A stretch of DNA of 64,000 nucleotides from Yuukianura sp. NJ FZ-2021 (lineage: Eukaryota). The first letter of the stretch is position 1. Each line of letters opens with the position of its first letter. The notes under the pieces were generated by a model. That model worked only from the letters and a program-made list of their open reading frames with translations. It made no database searches and was not told where the DNA came from. Made by a program: the position numbers and the translations under genes. The stretch spans positions 8,556,001 to 8,620,000 of the forward strand of contig CM102285.1 of assembly GCA_046563655.1 (NCBI GenBank), written 5' to 3'. This document shows positions 45,301 through 60,300 of the stretch, one piece after another.

Positions 45301-48300
45301 ATGAAAGCGATTATTGTATCCTTCTTTTTCAAGAGTGTATTCCAAATTATACGAAGAAACACAGGAGGCATGAAGTACTAAGATAAACATCTCCAAAATC
45401 CATAAATTGTTCAAACACCCCCAAAAAACTTGTGTTTTTCCCCAGCATTTCCGTGGGTATCGTAATTGCAACGGTAAAACCAAAATCTAAAGTTTAAAAA
45501 AAAATGTCGTTGTACACTTACGCCTCATATCGACTTTGTAGAAGTTCCAGAATTGATGGCAGTAGAGTCACACACAAATCCAAATTCCAAATGGACCTGA
45601 AACAAAAAAAAGATCCCACACAGTGAAATCAATTCCAATTCTTTACACTTGAAAGATTGTTCGAAAGTTTAGATCGTTCTCAGAGTTTCAAATCGCTTTT
45701 AAGTGTCGTAAGCTTTCCAAATATTTCCAAACTTCACAAATTCCAATACTTTCGACACAGATCGCCTAGCTATGGTTCCGAGGTCTCAGATTCTACGACA
45801 TTTACGTTCCTAACAACTAGATTCCAAGCAGGTATTGCCATTAGAGAAACAATTTGTGACATCTTAAGTGAGAAAATTGGATTGGAAATGAAAGAGTACA
45901 AGAGACTCAAGTGACCGCCCTAGTCAAAACAATTGAGGCCATGTGTGTTTTACAAAGTACAATTTAAAGTTGCCTAAATAAACCTCATTCCTCAAGGTAC
46001 GATGGAAAGTTAAAGTCTCAATCCAAGTCCCCCCAAGGGACTCACACAAAATATCAATAAGCCAAAAACCAGACTTCCAAGTCATAAAACTTTCATTTCA
46101 GTAGTTCTCGCAATTATGAAGAAACAAAAACAAGTAATATTGTCATCAACTTCATCTTCCAAAACCTGTCTTTGGTACTAAGAGACAGAATATTTCTCAG
46201 TGAACACAATAGGTAGCTGTGGCAATTTAGGTAATCAGTAAGTCACGTCTCTACCACACGATTACTACTTTTAAGAATCAGTTTTTTCACTCCTTTCGCT
46301 TTAAAAGTGAGTTTCAGAACTACTGAACTTTACCGTTTTCATTTCCTACCCTCGAGACCATAAATTACTTTCCCATGTACAACAATGTTATACGGTAACC
46401 TGTAGGCTCTAACCACCTCTAAAACCAAACAAAGTTCAGAGTTTACGTTGATTTAAGTAACTGTAAAAACAATTTTTACAGATATTATCCAATGCTTTCA
46501 TCAAATTAACTTTGTAAACAACTTTGACCAATTTTCGCCAAAGAAAATGGAAAAAGCTAGAGATTGAGAAAAACAAATTAAAAAGCACAGTCTTGGTCTG
46601 CCCGTACTTTTTAATTTTTTTTTCATTTTACGACACTTCGAGAGCGATTTTGCCAATGAGAGAACGGGTACGACTAAACAAGATGCAAAATATCCCGTAA
46701 CAGTGCTTACGCTCTCATGTTTAGAACTGACAAAATATCAACCATGACAGCGACATCTTTTAGATCAGCAGCAGCCTCAACAGCAGCCTGAAACGACCAT
46801 AAAAAACGAATTTCAAATGAGTGAAAAATCCGTGCTCAAAATTTTAAGGTACAAAGTTATGAGTAAGCTTAAACGCCCACACTTCCAGGCCAATTATTAC
46901 TTACTTTAATATCCTTGGAGTGCCAAATATTGAAGATAAAACGTAGATTCCTTTGACGCACAGAAAGTACTGAAAGAATTTGTTGATGTTCTTTGTACAT
47001 ATTAGTGAAGAGGGTTGATTCATCTATGTCCAAATTCTGCAAACCGCCTTGAAAGGCAAACTGAGCCTTCTTCTGAAAAAAAAACAGAACAATCAAGTTA
47101 ATTCACAAAAACCAGAGTATTTGTTCAAAAGCTATAAATGGAGCTACTCAATATTTTTTAATTAAATGTCTACAAATTGATCTCTTGGAGAAAAACGTAC
47201 AAGGACGTTATGTATGGAGTGTAACCTTCATACTTTTAAAACAAACCAAAATATATCCTGAAAGAGCATGTTTTGGAAATTATTAAGTATGCGTCCTTAC
47301 AGGTAGAAAGTCGTCAATGACAAGGCCAGTTGGTTTGTCCATGGAAATTGGCACAAAATCATCCGCCTGACTCTTGTTTTTGTTAAACTCGTCAAAATCA
47401 GTCTTGGAGTGGTAATTATTTCTAAATGGTTCTGCCATAACTGGAGATTTGAGCATAGGCTTTACTTGGCATTGAGCTAAAGGTCGTTCAGGGCTCCTTG
47501 GAATCTGATTAAGTGGCTGGAACTTCGTAAATTGATTCGCATTTGCCGCACGTCCATCTCCACCTCCTCTCTTGGCAGCATGTGACATTGATACTATGGA
47601 GGACTCTGATGGACTATGCTTCATTCCGCTGCAACGACAAAGGAAAACGTTAAAAATGCACAAAGATGTCATAAATAGTTTTTAATTATTACCGCGGAGG
47701 AGGTTGGACAGTTTGTTGTTGATGGTACACAGGCGGAAGGCGCGTAGTTTCCATACTTCTGGAAGAAGGCGGTCCACTACTATTACTCGAATCATCCGAA
47801 AAGGAATTTTGTCTTCCAAATAGGAAATCTGGACTCCTGCTTCGTAATTGCGACTGCGAGTAACGTGGCGGTGACAGGGAAGGATTCACTGATGGAACGC
47901 TTCCGCGCCGTGGTGGATCAGGCGAAGTATCTTTTGGCCTTGTTCGTGTGGTAACAAATTTGAAGCGCGTCGTGCCCTTTTTGGGTGGTTCTGGTCGAGG
48001 AGATTCTGGATCCGTTCCTGTCGAGTGCGACAAGCTGGACGACGGCTCTAATTTCACAAAATCAACACGTCAAATTAATATATCCATCAATTTTCGTCAG
48101 AAAATGTGACTAAGATGTAACTCGGTCAATTGTTGGCTATAACTTACCGTCATCTGTAGGCGGAATAAAGTCATCTGGCGGAGGCGTTCGATTCACTGTT
48201 AAACAAAACATTCATAATAAAATAAAGTACTTTCAACTGTCCGATTTCTCTCAAGTTACAAGCTCATCTTGTCCAACAACGCTTGCCCAAAACTGAATTC

Positions 48301-51300
48301 GTGAATTACTAAGTATTCAACTCATAATCTTCCTTACAATCTCTATGAGGATGAAATACTTGCTCAAAGTTCGTGGGCAATTCAATCTCTTCAGAGTCTT
48401 GAGCAAACGAATCGTCCTCCATTTCTGTTGCAGATCCCATTGCTTCATCACTGATCTTCATTGCGTGTCTACAAAACAAAACGAAATAAGAGTTAGTGAG
48501 TCTGAACCAATTCGTTCAAATTGCAAATGAACTTAAGTCTTACAGTGAGTCTTCAAATTCAGTAGATCGAGCTGTATTGAAATTCTTTCGTAAGGAATGA
48601 GTTACATGGAGGGGAGTCCGCTCCCTGCTCGACTTTCCAATTGGTTGCACTCGGCGGAGGTCAACAACAAAAACGGAAACGTTGGTCATCTGCGTCGTCA
48701 CTCCAATCTTTTACAAACGAAAAAATGCAATTAGTTTAACATTCCTAATTTCACGTTCTTTAACGAACTACAAGAAATGTAAGAAAGAAATCGGGTCAAC
48801 GTACGAGTTGCTCCTGAGCTTGGATAGCAATGTCTTGAATTTTAAGCCAGGAAGTGGGAACACTGTCGATGACTTCTGATGGTTCCCAGCCATGAACACG
48901 CAAAGCATCGGGTGACGCAGCAAATAAGCAACTTCCATTAGGATGAAATGAAATGCATCTGGAAAAAGAAATCAAGACAAAAGAAATTAGTCACTTTGAT
49001 GTTAACTTGTTAACTTTTAGCGTTTTAGCACCACTGACGGACACATCATCTCCTCCATTTTGGTTTCATCGCAAACTTGACCTACTAAAAGCGGACATAC
49101 GAAGGATTCTTTCAAGTTAACAACAAAATTAGGGGAAATCTTGAAATCTACCCGTGACAAGATGGAAAAGAATTTAGTATTTCCAAATAAGGACGAAGAA
49201 TAAGTAATTCATTAAGGTTCTCTTGTTGAAATGGACATTGACAATTTAAAAATTAAGCAGAAAAGGAAACGCATCTCAACCCTTATTACATTCAACATGC
49301 GTATCACAATTATTCAAGGTTTACATGTCATTCCAAAACCAGTACTTCCGCTTTCGCTAATTTGCACAAATAAAGTCTCAAGCACTTAAGCTCTTCGTTT
49401 CCGTTATATAAGTCACACGCCATACGCGCAATTCCGACGGTAATCACAAAGCTTAAGCTTTAGTGCGTCATTTGAGCCATCAGCTAATCAAGTTCCTGAA
49501 ATAACTTTGGGATTTAGTGCTGGTAAATAGTAATACCTAACACTTGGCACATCAGACGTCGAAGTTGATATGAGTGAAAATGATTCCAAATCCCAGAATT
49601 TCACAGTACGATCTGCACTGCCTGACGCAAGTATGAATTCTTCTGGATGAAATTCCACTGATGAAACGGGACCGCCATGCCCTCTGAATTCACCCAGAAT
49701 TTTCCCAACTCGAATGTCCCAAATCTAGAACAAATGACAAAAAAGAAAGTGTCAATTTTTACATCACAACACTCGATTGCATCCAATTTCACAAGTTTTC
49801 ACAAATTCAGAGTCTCATCCATGGGAAAAAAGTAGTTCAAGAGAAACCCCCAAAAATTTAGGCATTTCACTCTTATGCATTGACGCCCAACGTGGGACAC
49901 AAAAAATTCACTAACTTCTAAAAATTAAAAAAAAAAACTAAATTACTCAAGAAGTCTTTTAAATCGTGTCGCACGCCAAAAAAAAAAGTACGTTAAATCA
50001 AATTGCGTCAACGCTCATTTTCTAATCAATCCATTCAATCAAAATGCTGTTGAAGGTAATGATTTTCAGAATTGAAGCAAAAGTGCCAATGGACAAGAAA
50101 ACAGTAGCTGCCACTACTTTATCCATCCATGTCTAAAATCTGTTTTTTTTTCACAGTAGCCGTTTGTCATTCGGTATGGATGCAATGATGCAAAAAATAC
50201 GATTTGTCATGGTTTTCAGCAACACAACACAACGTACACGCGGAAGGAAGAAGACAGTTCAATTTCAATTTTGCAAATCCGCATAAATCTTAACTGTCGC
50301 CTGTCCATCATCGAATCATCACCTACACCTTCCAAATCCCATTTTGAATTTTCCCACAATCACACACTGCACAAACCCAAGAGCATCATTAAACTGGTCA
50401 AAAATGAAACGAATGTCTCGCTTCCATGGACTTAAGTGGAAAATAATAAGAGTGACACTGCAATTTCACATTGCAATGTCATTTCATTTCCCATTTATAA
50501 TTCAATAACCCCTACAGTACATCCAGCACATTCACATCCGCAAGTAGTACTTGCCAAGTACCCATAAATGCAAAATTGCTTGTTAGAAACTTACTTTGAC
50601 CGAGTTATCGTCACCGCCAGAGGCAATCCACTGACCATCCGGACTAAATTTGAGACTATTCACAGCCGAGTTGTGACCTCTATAACCAAAAATGCATCCC
50701 TTCTTCCGGATATCCCACATCTGAAAATCACAAAATAACGCAAAATTAAAACTTAGAAAAGTAACAGTAAAATACAAACTGGCAACACTCAAACTCACTA
50801 AAAATCGAATCTTAATTAGACCATGCTACATGCTACCCTTAATTAATCATTAACGGATCGGGAGATCGGTTGATATTGAAATTTAATCTTCATTAGCTAA
50901 TGCCTTCCCCCGGGGAGAAAGATTCCCAAGGTGTAAATTCTTCTATAGATTTCCTGGACAGATTTTCTTATTAGCCAAGGGTGACAAGTTGTCTTGTTCC
51001 CCGCAGTGCTTCCCATTGTCTAATTCTGCCTCATGTGAATCTCCTGTCATGCATACTAAAACCAGTCATCCGTCATTCCTCAAACCTACACAGTATCTCC
51101 CTTTAATTAAGATTCATAGAAAGTAAAATGGGAGTGACACGAAATTACGGGACACATCACACTCCAATCTGCAGAATACAAAATTCTCCATCTAGCACTT
51201 AACTTTATTCCAAAGTTTCGAATTCATTATCATCACAGCGGTGCCACACACAGGAAAATTCATCTTCTCATTGTTGCTTCAAAACACAATCAAATCTCAG

Positions 51301-54300
51301 TCAAAAATTATGGCCATGTCGTGCTAAAGATTCAGACGCGTCCTCGTCACTCTCGCCTTTCATTGAAACTTGAAGACATCAAATGGTCGACACGTAGGTG
51401 ACTTTTAGTATTGGTCTAACGGCTTCCGCGCACCATTGTACTCCCAGTTTAAAAAACTAATAAACTACTCTCGTTGACTACAAGTACTCTACCTCAGTAA
51501 ATACCCAATGTACTCCACAATTTAGCATCAGGGAGAAGATGAACTTTAAAACGGGGTCATTGAACATCCAACGCCAACGCACCTTGCCCAGCATCCTCTT
51601 CTACTGGTGCGGTTAGCAATCTGCAACTTCCAAAAATCCAATGGAATGAACCTCCATTGTTCTCAGTCAGTTGTCATCTCCGCCCAAAACCTAATTTACA
51701 TTTTGCCCGATTTAGATCACTTTTTTTCAGTAGTAAAGAATCAAAGTAGCTCTTCCCAGGGGTGTTGGTCAGTTTGTAGCATTTCCCTGTTTGCTCTCAT
51801 CCGAAAAGGCTTCATGTATTTCACAATGCTAAAACAGGAAAGGCTAGCGTCCTAACGTTCAACCTGTACTACCGCGTAGCTACAATTCCATATACAAAGG
51901 ACAATGTGACACGAATTGACGTAACGGTCTGTTGGATTATGCTTACCCCATCTCCTCTCTAGTATTTATCTTCCCAGTTCAAGTGGAAAGTCAACTACCT
52001 TTAATCGTTTAATCCCCATTCCCAGTACAACTATGGCCTAGCCAGCAACATTACTAAAAAACTTCAATGTCATTTCAATTTCATCCGCATGAAGAATCCC
52101 AAGATCCTAAGCTCCCTCTTAACTCTGTCGCGTAACGTTAAGTTGAGATTCGCGCGTGATTCTGGGCGACAATGCTACACCTTCCGGTAATTCTAAAATG
52201 GCATTCGTATCCTGGAGGTTCGAATTAACTACCGTAGTGTAAACTAAAGAAGGCAATTTCAAGTGAAATCGCGGTCGGTACTAATGAATTCCCATTCTGT
52301 GCAGTCACTCCCCCTTGGCTCTAAAGACGTCTCTAACATAAATCATTCAATTACTCAAAGTATCAATCATAAATAGGTTTCGCTTAAATTTTATGTGCCA
52401 ATATGCCACCGCCAAAGGGGGTGCAAATTGCAACTAACTCACCTTGATTCCACAGTCTTGAGATCCTGAAGCCAAGAAATCTCCATAAGGATGAAAATCC
52501 ACACATCGTATACCTACAAACCACAATTAAAAAATGTTACAAACTTTTCATTAAATTTTCTAACTTATAAAATTTCAGTGTGTTACTTGATCTGTGACCG
52601 GTCAACGTCCGAGTCATTTTGGCTGAACCCAAATCCCATATTTTAAGTGCTCCTGCCTGAGATCCAGCACATACATGCTCCTCCGAAATTGAGAATCGAA
52701 CACAGTCCACGGGTGTTGAATGGCCACTCAAGGACTACAGGAAACACAAACAAATAGCAGAAATCATTAGTTAATTGAGTAGATTGAGATCACATTTCAT
52801 TACCAACATCCATCCGCCCCATTCCCCATTTTAACCTACAATCAAACTTTATTATTTGTTCTGTTACTGTAATTTTTACATTTCCTTCTACCGGTAGACC
52901 TCAATTCCTTTTTCGTGCAGATCCATATCCAATTCTTTTTTTCAAAAAATAAACTTTGACATGACTGCCCTACTGACTTTTGAGCGTGAAACGGGATTAC
53001 ACAATTTCCAATGGATTTCTATCTCTCGAGTCTAGCTAAAGCACATCTCTTCATTTGGTAGCGTAACATCTTCGAGTCAAATCCAAATTATACTGCCCAG
53101 TATTCGAAGTTTGCAAAGTTAAAGTTTAGTAGATCAACAAAAACAACTGAATAGCTGAACTCTGCCACAACGTGAGTGATGAGAGAGGCGGAAAGTAATT
53201 AACGCATCCCGTTATTAGGAGTAGGACTCTAGCCCATTCTCTGAATTGCCAATTTTACAAATTGGAAATACGATTACTACCCAACCTTCAATTCAAAATC
53301 AACTTTCAAACTCAAAACTTCAAAGCCCTAGGAGCAAACTGTCCACTACGTTGATCTCTCACGTTTTCCTTTGAATTCTGAATATTATTAACGTCTAAAT
53401 CACGTCAATCACGTTAAAATCAAGATGTCCTTTACAAGAGCCCCACAAATTTGAAATCCTGCACCACATTGTTGAGATGTAATTTCATCAACATAGTAGG
53501 TAGAGGTCACCTTCTTATTCTGCAAACAAAGGTTACAAAGTGACAGAAAAGAGCATTTAATGCTCTTAACCTGAATTCGTATCTTTAGTAATGGCGTGGG
53601 TGTTGTATGGTGGCTGATTTCTAGTGGCGATATACTTCACACTCTGTCTACTTCCATCTACACCTCAGCAATCAACCTTAATTCCAATTCTTTAATCCAT
53701 TAATAATTCTCCAATTCCTATTTGATTAAGACCCCACCCCCATCATCTCTTTTAGTTTCATCTCTCAAGTATCAACACTCCAAAAGAACAGAACATGGCC
53801 TCATGATCTCAATCACTTTGAAGCGTGTACTACGTGCGTCCTAGTATCGCTTATGCGTGGGATCCAAATATTACTTCAAAACAACTTAAAATCACAACAG
53901 TTGTACTTTTTTCCCACTTTTAAAATTAAATCCATGCAACAAAACAATTTGTCTCTCCCTCTACAACTCTCACACTCGTTTGACTCCTTTTTTAAACTTT
54001 AACATCCGAAGACCTAGAAATGACCCCAATTTCAAATCATATTAGCCCCAATTCCAGAAAAAATCTTGTCCAAAAGTCACAATTTGACACTAATAACGAC
54101 ACTTCCGTTCTCACTTTCCTGTTAAAATTATTTAGTATGATTGACAACTAGGTTTTGGGGTCTATCTATCGGACAGATCGTGTTACTTTCTCTTTTCTTT
54201 TACCATGCCTGGATAGCCTAGGTGCAAAATTAGCATGGAAAAGAGTTCTTGGTCGGCCCTGACCCCACAACGACGGTTGACCACAAAGGATCCAGAAAAC

Positions 54301-57300
54301 AATAGCTTTTGGTTCACTCAGAACTTTCTTTAGCCAAAATAACAGGACTTTCATGGCTAAAAGAGGTCATGACTCTTGAATATAGATCCCGTAGAAGCTT
54401 TCACGCAAAGTCAACTCAAAAACGAATCTCAACGTTATTTAGATCTACCCTCAAACACGACATTTTCAAATCAATCTCACGATGAATGCATTTCATACCC
54501 GACACTTCAATTTCGTTCCCATAACCTTTTTCATGCTTTCGCTCCGAATATAAGTTAATTATGACTTTCTAACAATGATACTGCTACACTTTCAATTTAC
54601 TTTCACTCTAGTGCAAAAGAAAAGCAATGCAAGTTGTTTCCTAAGCTTCTAGCTACTTTGCTTTTTAACGCTAAAAACTCATTCCCATCCTACATTGTGC
54701 ATTTTCAGTTCTGAAAACGAAACAAACAGATTCCAGTTTTGAAGTAGCTTTGTGGTTCCTTCTTAAAAACTCGATCATTAACGTGCAAATTGTCTTAAGA
54801 AAAAGTAAAAATCTCAAGGTTACTTCAGACACTTTACATCATTAAAATTAAGAGCCCTTGTTATGCCGCCATTAAAATTAAATGTAAGGATGTGGTGGGA
54901 TTACATTTTCAAAGTACTGACTACTGCTACTGCAAGTATGAGTAATAGTCAGTAGTCCAAAAGTGGTCGGCGGAAGTCGTCAGTTCTGCAAGATCCAAAT
55001 CACTTTTCAGAAGAGAAAAAAAGAACAACGCTAACCAAATCATTCCACTCGTTTTACAAGTCCATGAACTTTCCCCTTTAATTTCCTATTTTCCTTTTCC
55101 TTGGCAGTAAAAAAATTGCCAAAACGAGAAAGAGGAGCAATGACCTCCTGAAATTCAGAAATTCTACGAAACGGCCACCACCCAAACGACATCGCATTTC
55201 GGAACTTCCTTTCTCCGTGAGACCTCAAGGGAATGACAATACACAGACATGATTCTCATGACATGTCAAGTCCATTTTCTCCTTAATACATACGAAATGA
55301 ACGTCTAATCACAACCACTTCAGGCTAAAAACCCGCCTACTTATTGCTAAAACTCCAACATTCATCGATTTGCGTACCCCAGACACAAAGTATTAACAAT
55401 TCATAGTTTCCCCCATTCCTTGTTTCACAAAAGAAATCTATTAAACAAGCCATATCACGACTCACTTATTAAAGTAGTAAGTGACACTCAGACTTTAATT
55501 TAATACAGACTTACCATTATACAATTCGGCTTCCCTACAGCCCATAAGTTGACTTTCTTGTCTCCTCCGCCTGTAACCAAAACGCGACCCGATTTGTGAC
55601 CCAATGACACTGAATTCACATTGCCAGCATGAGCAGGGAACTCTTCTGTAAAAAACAAAAAAGAGAAAAGATCATCAGAAAGTGCCGTTAGATTGCTACA
55701 AAACAGAGACTTAACTTTAGGCTAAAAACTCAACTTGTTTGACATTACGAGCGTCATAGTCATACACTTTACAAAAAGTAATCAACCAAGACAGCTAATG
55801 TTGCAGAAAGAAAAAAAAGCGTACACTAAAACACAAAGTTTTGATTCGGCTAACATTGATTAACTTGCTTTTCAACGTAAAAACCCAAAAACCTTGAAGT
55901 GGTAAAACATCTTTCTTTACTGTTTACCTTATTCACCTTATTTTAATTCTTGTCATTCAGTTCTCACACTTTTCCATTCTCTTGCAATGTTGCAATTAAA
56001 AATCAACATGAGCCCACTAACTAATAAATTCCCACTCTCTCCACTCCACAACCGGTAGAGTTGAAGAAAGTATAATTATTGGCAATAATGCAAATCAAAC
56101 TCATGCTAACTCACCAATTATAAAACGCTACCCACCAATCAATCAATAAAAAGCCTTAGTCACGCTAACCATTAAGGTCAAAATCCTGTTTACCTTTGAT
56201 CAACAACACTCAAAGCAAAGCGAAACAAACCGTTACACAAAATCAGTATTTATATTTTGCAAATTTACAAAAACGTAAACACAATTACGTGTAATTTTGC
56301 ACAGCCTTTAACCCCAATCCACCTCTAACCAACTTTAGTAGTTTCCGAAACCCATTGTTTTGTCATTTCCAATTACTAATCATTTCTACTGTTATAATCA
56401 GCGTTTTACATGGAAAATATTCCTTTTAGCTACAAACAAAGTGTGTCACTCCCATCATACGCCACTGAATTTCCAATTCATCTAATCACAATCCGTTGCA
56501 GAAACAAAATTATCATAATTTTGTGCCAATTTGAAACAACGGCTTAACTACACAAAACGACACAACGAATAATTCATTTTTTGCAAACAGTTACCTACAC
56601 GGAAGTCATTTCGTCACGCTCACACACCTCTTAATTTCATATTCAAGGTGGTTTTTAATATATCTTAAATCAATGAACAAAGAATAAATCATCTCTACAC
56701 CATCTTTTAGCCTTTTGTTTTCTTTTACAAAAAATTATGCATCACGATTACTTCTCACACGTTAGCTAATTTTTCAAGTTGAAAATTTTTCCAGCAAAGT
56801 GACCCTGGCCCAGCCACTTTTTTACTTAAATCTGCTCCCACACCTAACTTAACAATGCAATGGTCAATATTTGCTTGTACGTAACAAGAATGTTACCGTA
56901 GCGGGACAAAAAACGTGAGATTTGCACTACAAAACCCTTGTGTCAGTCAAGGGCATGACGAACATAATATCTTGCCAAGATTTCGTTTTATCTATGCCCA
57001 TATTTGTACAGTTCGACTGCCGTCACCAAACACTTTTACGTAGTCAAAGGTGCTCTTTCCGCTTCCATTAAGTACACAACCATAACAAAACGTACGTTAA
57101 AAATATAGCAAAAAAGCCAACTCGAGACTTCGAATTGTCACCAGAGAGAGATGACCTTTGAAATATCAGCGACTTCGTTTTTGCAAATGCAAACAATAAA
57201 AACGCCATGTACAGCATGGTCGTAAAAAACGATTCCATTTCCGCAGTATCAGCTCAAAGCTAAGCAAATATTCCAACTTTATGTTTTTGGTGCTGACGTT

Positions 57301-60300
57301 TGTTTCGGAAGCACTACAAGGTACATATTGCACTAAACCAGTCCTAGTCGTTAGTCATTTTAAAATACAAACAAAAGGACCTCAATCCAGATAGCATCTC
57401 ATGCGCAGCAAACGCAGACAGAAACTCAAACGCTTAGCAATTGGCATGCTAATGTCGCTTTCCAATAAATTATCAACAGTCTAAACAGTCTGAAAGTGGA
57501 CATCTACGTCCACAAAACAGTTTTCACTATTTATGCCAAAAGTGAAATGAATGAGCCAGAATTAAATCTACACTTGTTAGTATTAGTCATCCCGTACGTA
57601 GTACTACTAGACTACGTTTAACCGCACTTTAAACTCTTATTCATCTGCATCTGCCTCTGGTTCCTGTGCCCATTCCCAAACAATGGCACCCACAACAGTA
57701 AGTCTCAACTCAAATTAATTCAGGGAGAAGTTTCACACCTAACCTCGTCACTTCAACGCTACTCTCTCCCATAAATTAAAACAAATTGACTTTAATCACC
57801 AAAAATGGATCAAGGGAAACTTCCTAATTCGGATTACAGGCCTCCATACTTTCATCAGTTCCAAGAACATAATTAGTCACTCCATGGAAAAAACACCAAT
57901 TATTGTTCTCTAGGAATATGACATCTCTGATTTAATAGTGAAAATTTGCAAAAACCGGTTTGTTCAGTACAGACACCACACCAATTCAACTGGTTACAAA
58001 ATTGCAAGGATTTGGTTATAGTGGTGACAAATCGGAAGAAAAACAACATTTGATATTACAACACACAATAATCTTAACTGGCTCCCAATGCAAGAAATCA
58101 TGTTTTTTTGCAGAAGTAATAATTTCAGACTGCATGCATGACCCTGACAAAAGGATTTGATTGGTTGGTTAGTTAAAAAACACCCTCATCGACTTAAAAA
58201 AAACTAAAGAAAAGAAAAGTTAATAGTCCATTCAGTGCTAATTACGAAAACAGCGTGATGCACGCCGAGTCTAAAGATCACAGATGCTTGGAGTTAGCTA
58301 AAATAAATAAGCTTAGCATTTTCGCGTTGACTTTTCCTTATTCAGAAGCATCTCCTCCCCTTCCACCGCAAATTACGTGACAATTAATAAAAAACTAGTC
58401 TCTAAAAACTGCAAAGGTGAAATGTTGGCCTTTTAAATCTTTCTTAAAATGTGTCGCCATTTGCATTTTCACTTCTTTTTCTTCACCTTTTTGTCACCTT
58501 GAATTCATATTTCAGGGTTAAATTTGTTCTCAAGTTAAAATTAGAGAAGGTAGGATAAAATATGAATCCATTTAAACTTTACAACTAGTAACTGATGGTT
58601 AAACCAACTGAAAATTACATTTTCCTAAAATGTTTGTACAAACGCGCATTCTCATTCTCTAAAAACTAAAAAACGACAACAAATTCCACTCATCCGTGGA
58701 CTGCATTTCTCAAAAAAAAAAATTTAGCCGCTTTCCAAGGCCGCATTCCCTAATAGCTTTTGAAATTTTGAAAACTTTCCTTTCGAAATCGAAAACAAAG
58801 TGAAATGATCACAACACGAAATCTGTTTTACAAAATTTTTACAAAATCATATCCTTAACTTTCATTCTACGCCTATTCTCCATCATCATCTTCATCCCAA
58901 TTCCCAACATCTCAGCCTAACTGTCATTAAAATGCCATGAATTGTACTTTTAAGCTGCGTGAACAGAAAAAGTCAAAAAAGAAATCACCACCAATAGCAC
59001 TACTCCCATTTTGTGAACAAGGGGAAGTTAATGTCGTGCAAAGTAATTAAGCTAAATAGGCTTAAGTAATTTCAGTCATTAGTGCTTGTCTTAAGTCGTA
59101 ATGTTCAAAATGAAAGTAACAAGAGCACAAACAACAGAGAGACACTTAGCGCACCTTTCACGTTTCACAATTTTAAATTAGCAAAAATTGGGGCGAGGAC
59201 TTAATCTTAATCACAAAACATTTTAGCAGTTAGAAAATATTTGAAAAACACTCATGGCCTCTCATGCTTTTAAATTTCAAAACAAAAAGGGAAACAAACC
59301 TACACTAATCTGTAAAACACGTCTTTAAAAAGTCATGAAAGTCGTTACTTCGTTTAGTTGAAGTTCCCACACTATTATCTTTACCTGTAAGTATAATCTT
59401 CAGTCTTTGTTAATTACTTAACGCACTAAAATGACAAGTCAGAAATCAAACTAAGAGTCATACAATTCTAATGATAAAAAAAATTAGCAAACAATGACAA
59501 TTACACATCCCACATCAAAGCTTCTTTAAAGTAAAAGCCGATGCATTTTTTTGCTGTTTGCGTCTGCCTTTGCATATTAAGATGACGTCTTTTCCTTTTG
59601 AGGACTAAAAACAAAAGATTTTACAAACAAAATAGAAAAAATCTTTTGAAAATTAAGAAGAACAATGGTTTGCATCGCCTCTATTTAGACTAGTGATTTC
59701 ACAGCTTCTCTTGAGAAATCTGAATTGTGTGATCTTCCAACTGGGAGCTCCTTTAGTTTTAGTAAAAGCTTAAAGTTTCGTAATTCATTATTGTCGGAAA
59801 CTGCATACTTCCGCGTTAGATTAAGCTTAAATTAAGTATCTTTTCTTATTTTGGCGTATAAATTTTCAGGGAAAGATGCCAGGAAACAAGGAAGGGCAAA
59901 GGAAGGAAGAATTCAAAGATCAAAACCAAAACACCGTCGCTCACAGCAGGAACACTGCTTAATTTAACTTCAACGCAAAAATCCACTCACACAAGGAACA
60001 GATTAATTTCAAAATTACTTTAACTTGTAAAACTTTTGGAAAGTATAATTTAAAAAAAACTAGAAAATACAAGGACAATGAAAATTACTGTTTAAATTCT
60101 GGAACGCCATTGCACATTTTCCGTTTAAACAAATTCGTTCCAGTGCACCTGTAAAATACAATGTCCAGGAGTAACACGAACAGGAAAGACACGGAACTGA
60201 TACTTTTCAATAGAAGAATAGAACGAGAGACATCACTTAAATTGCTACAGGCATCATCAAAAGAAGAATAGAATACTCTCATTCCGTTTTTATAACAATT

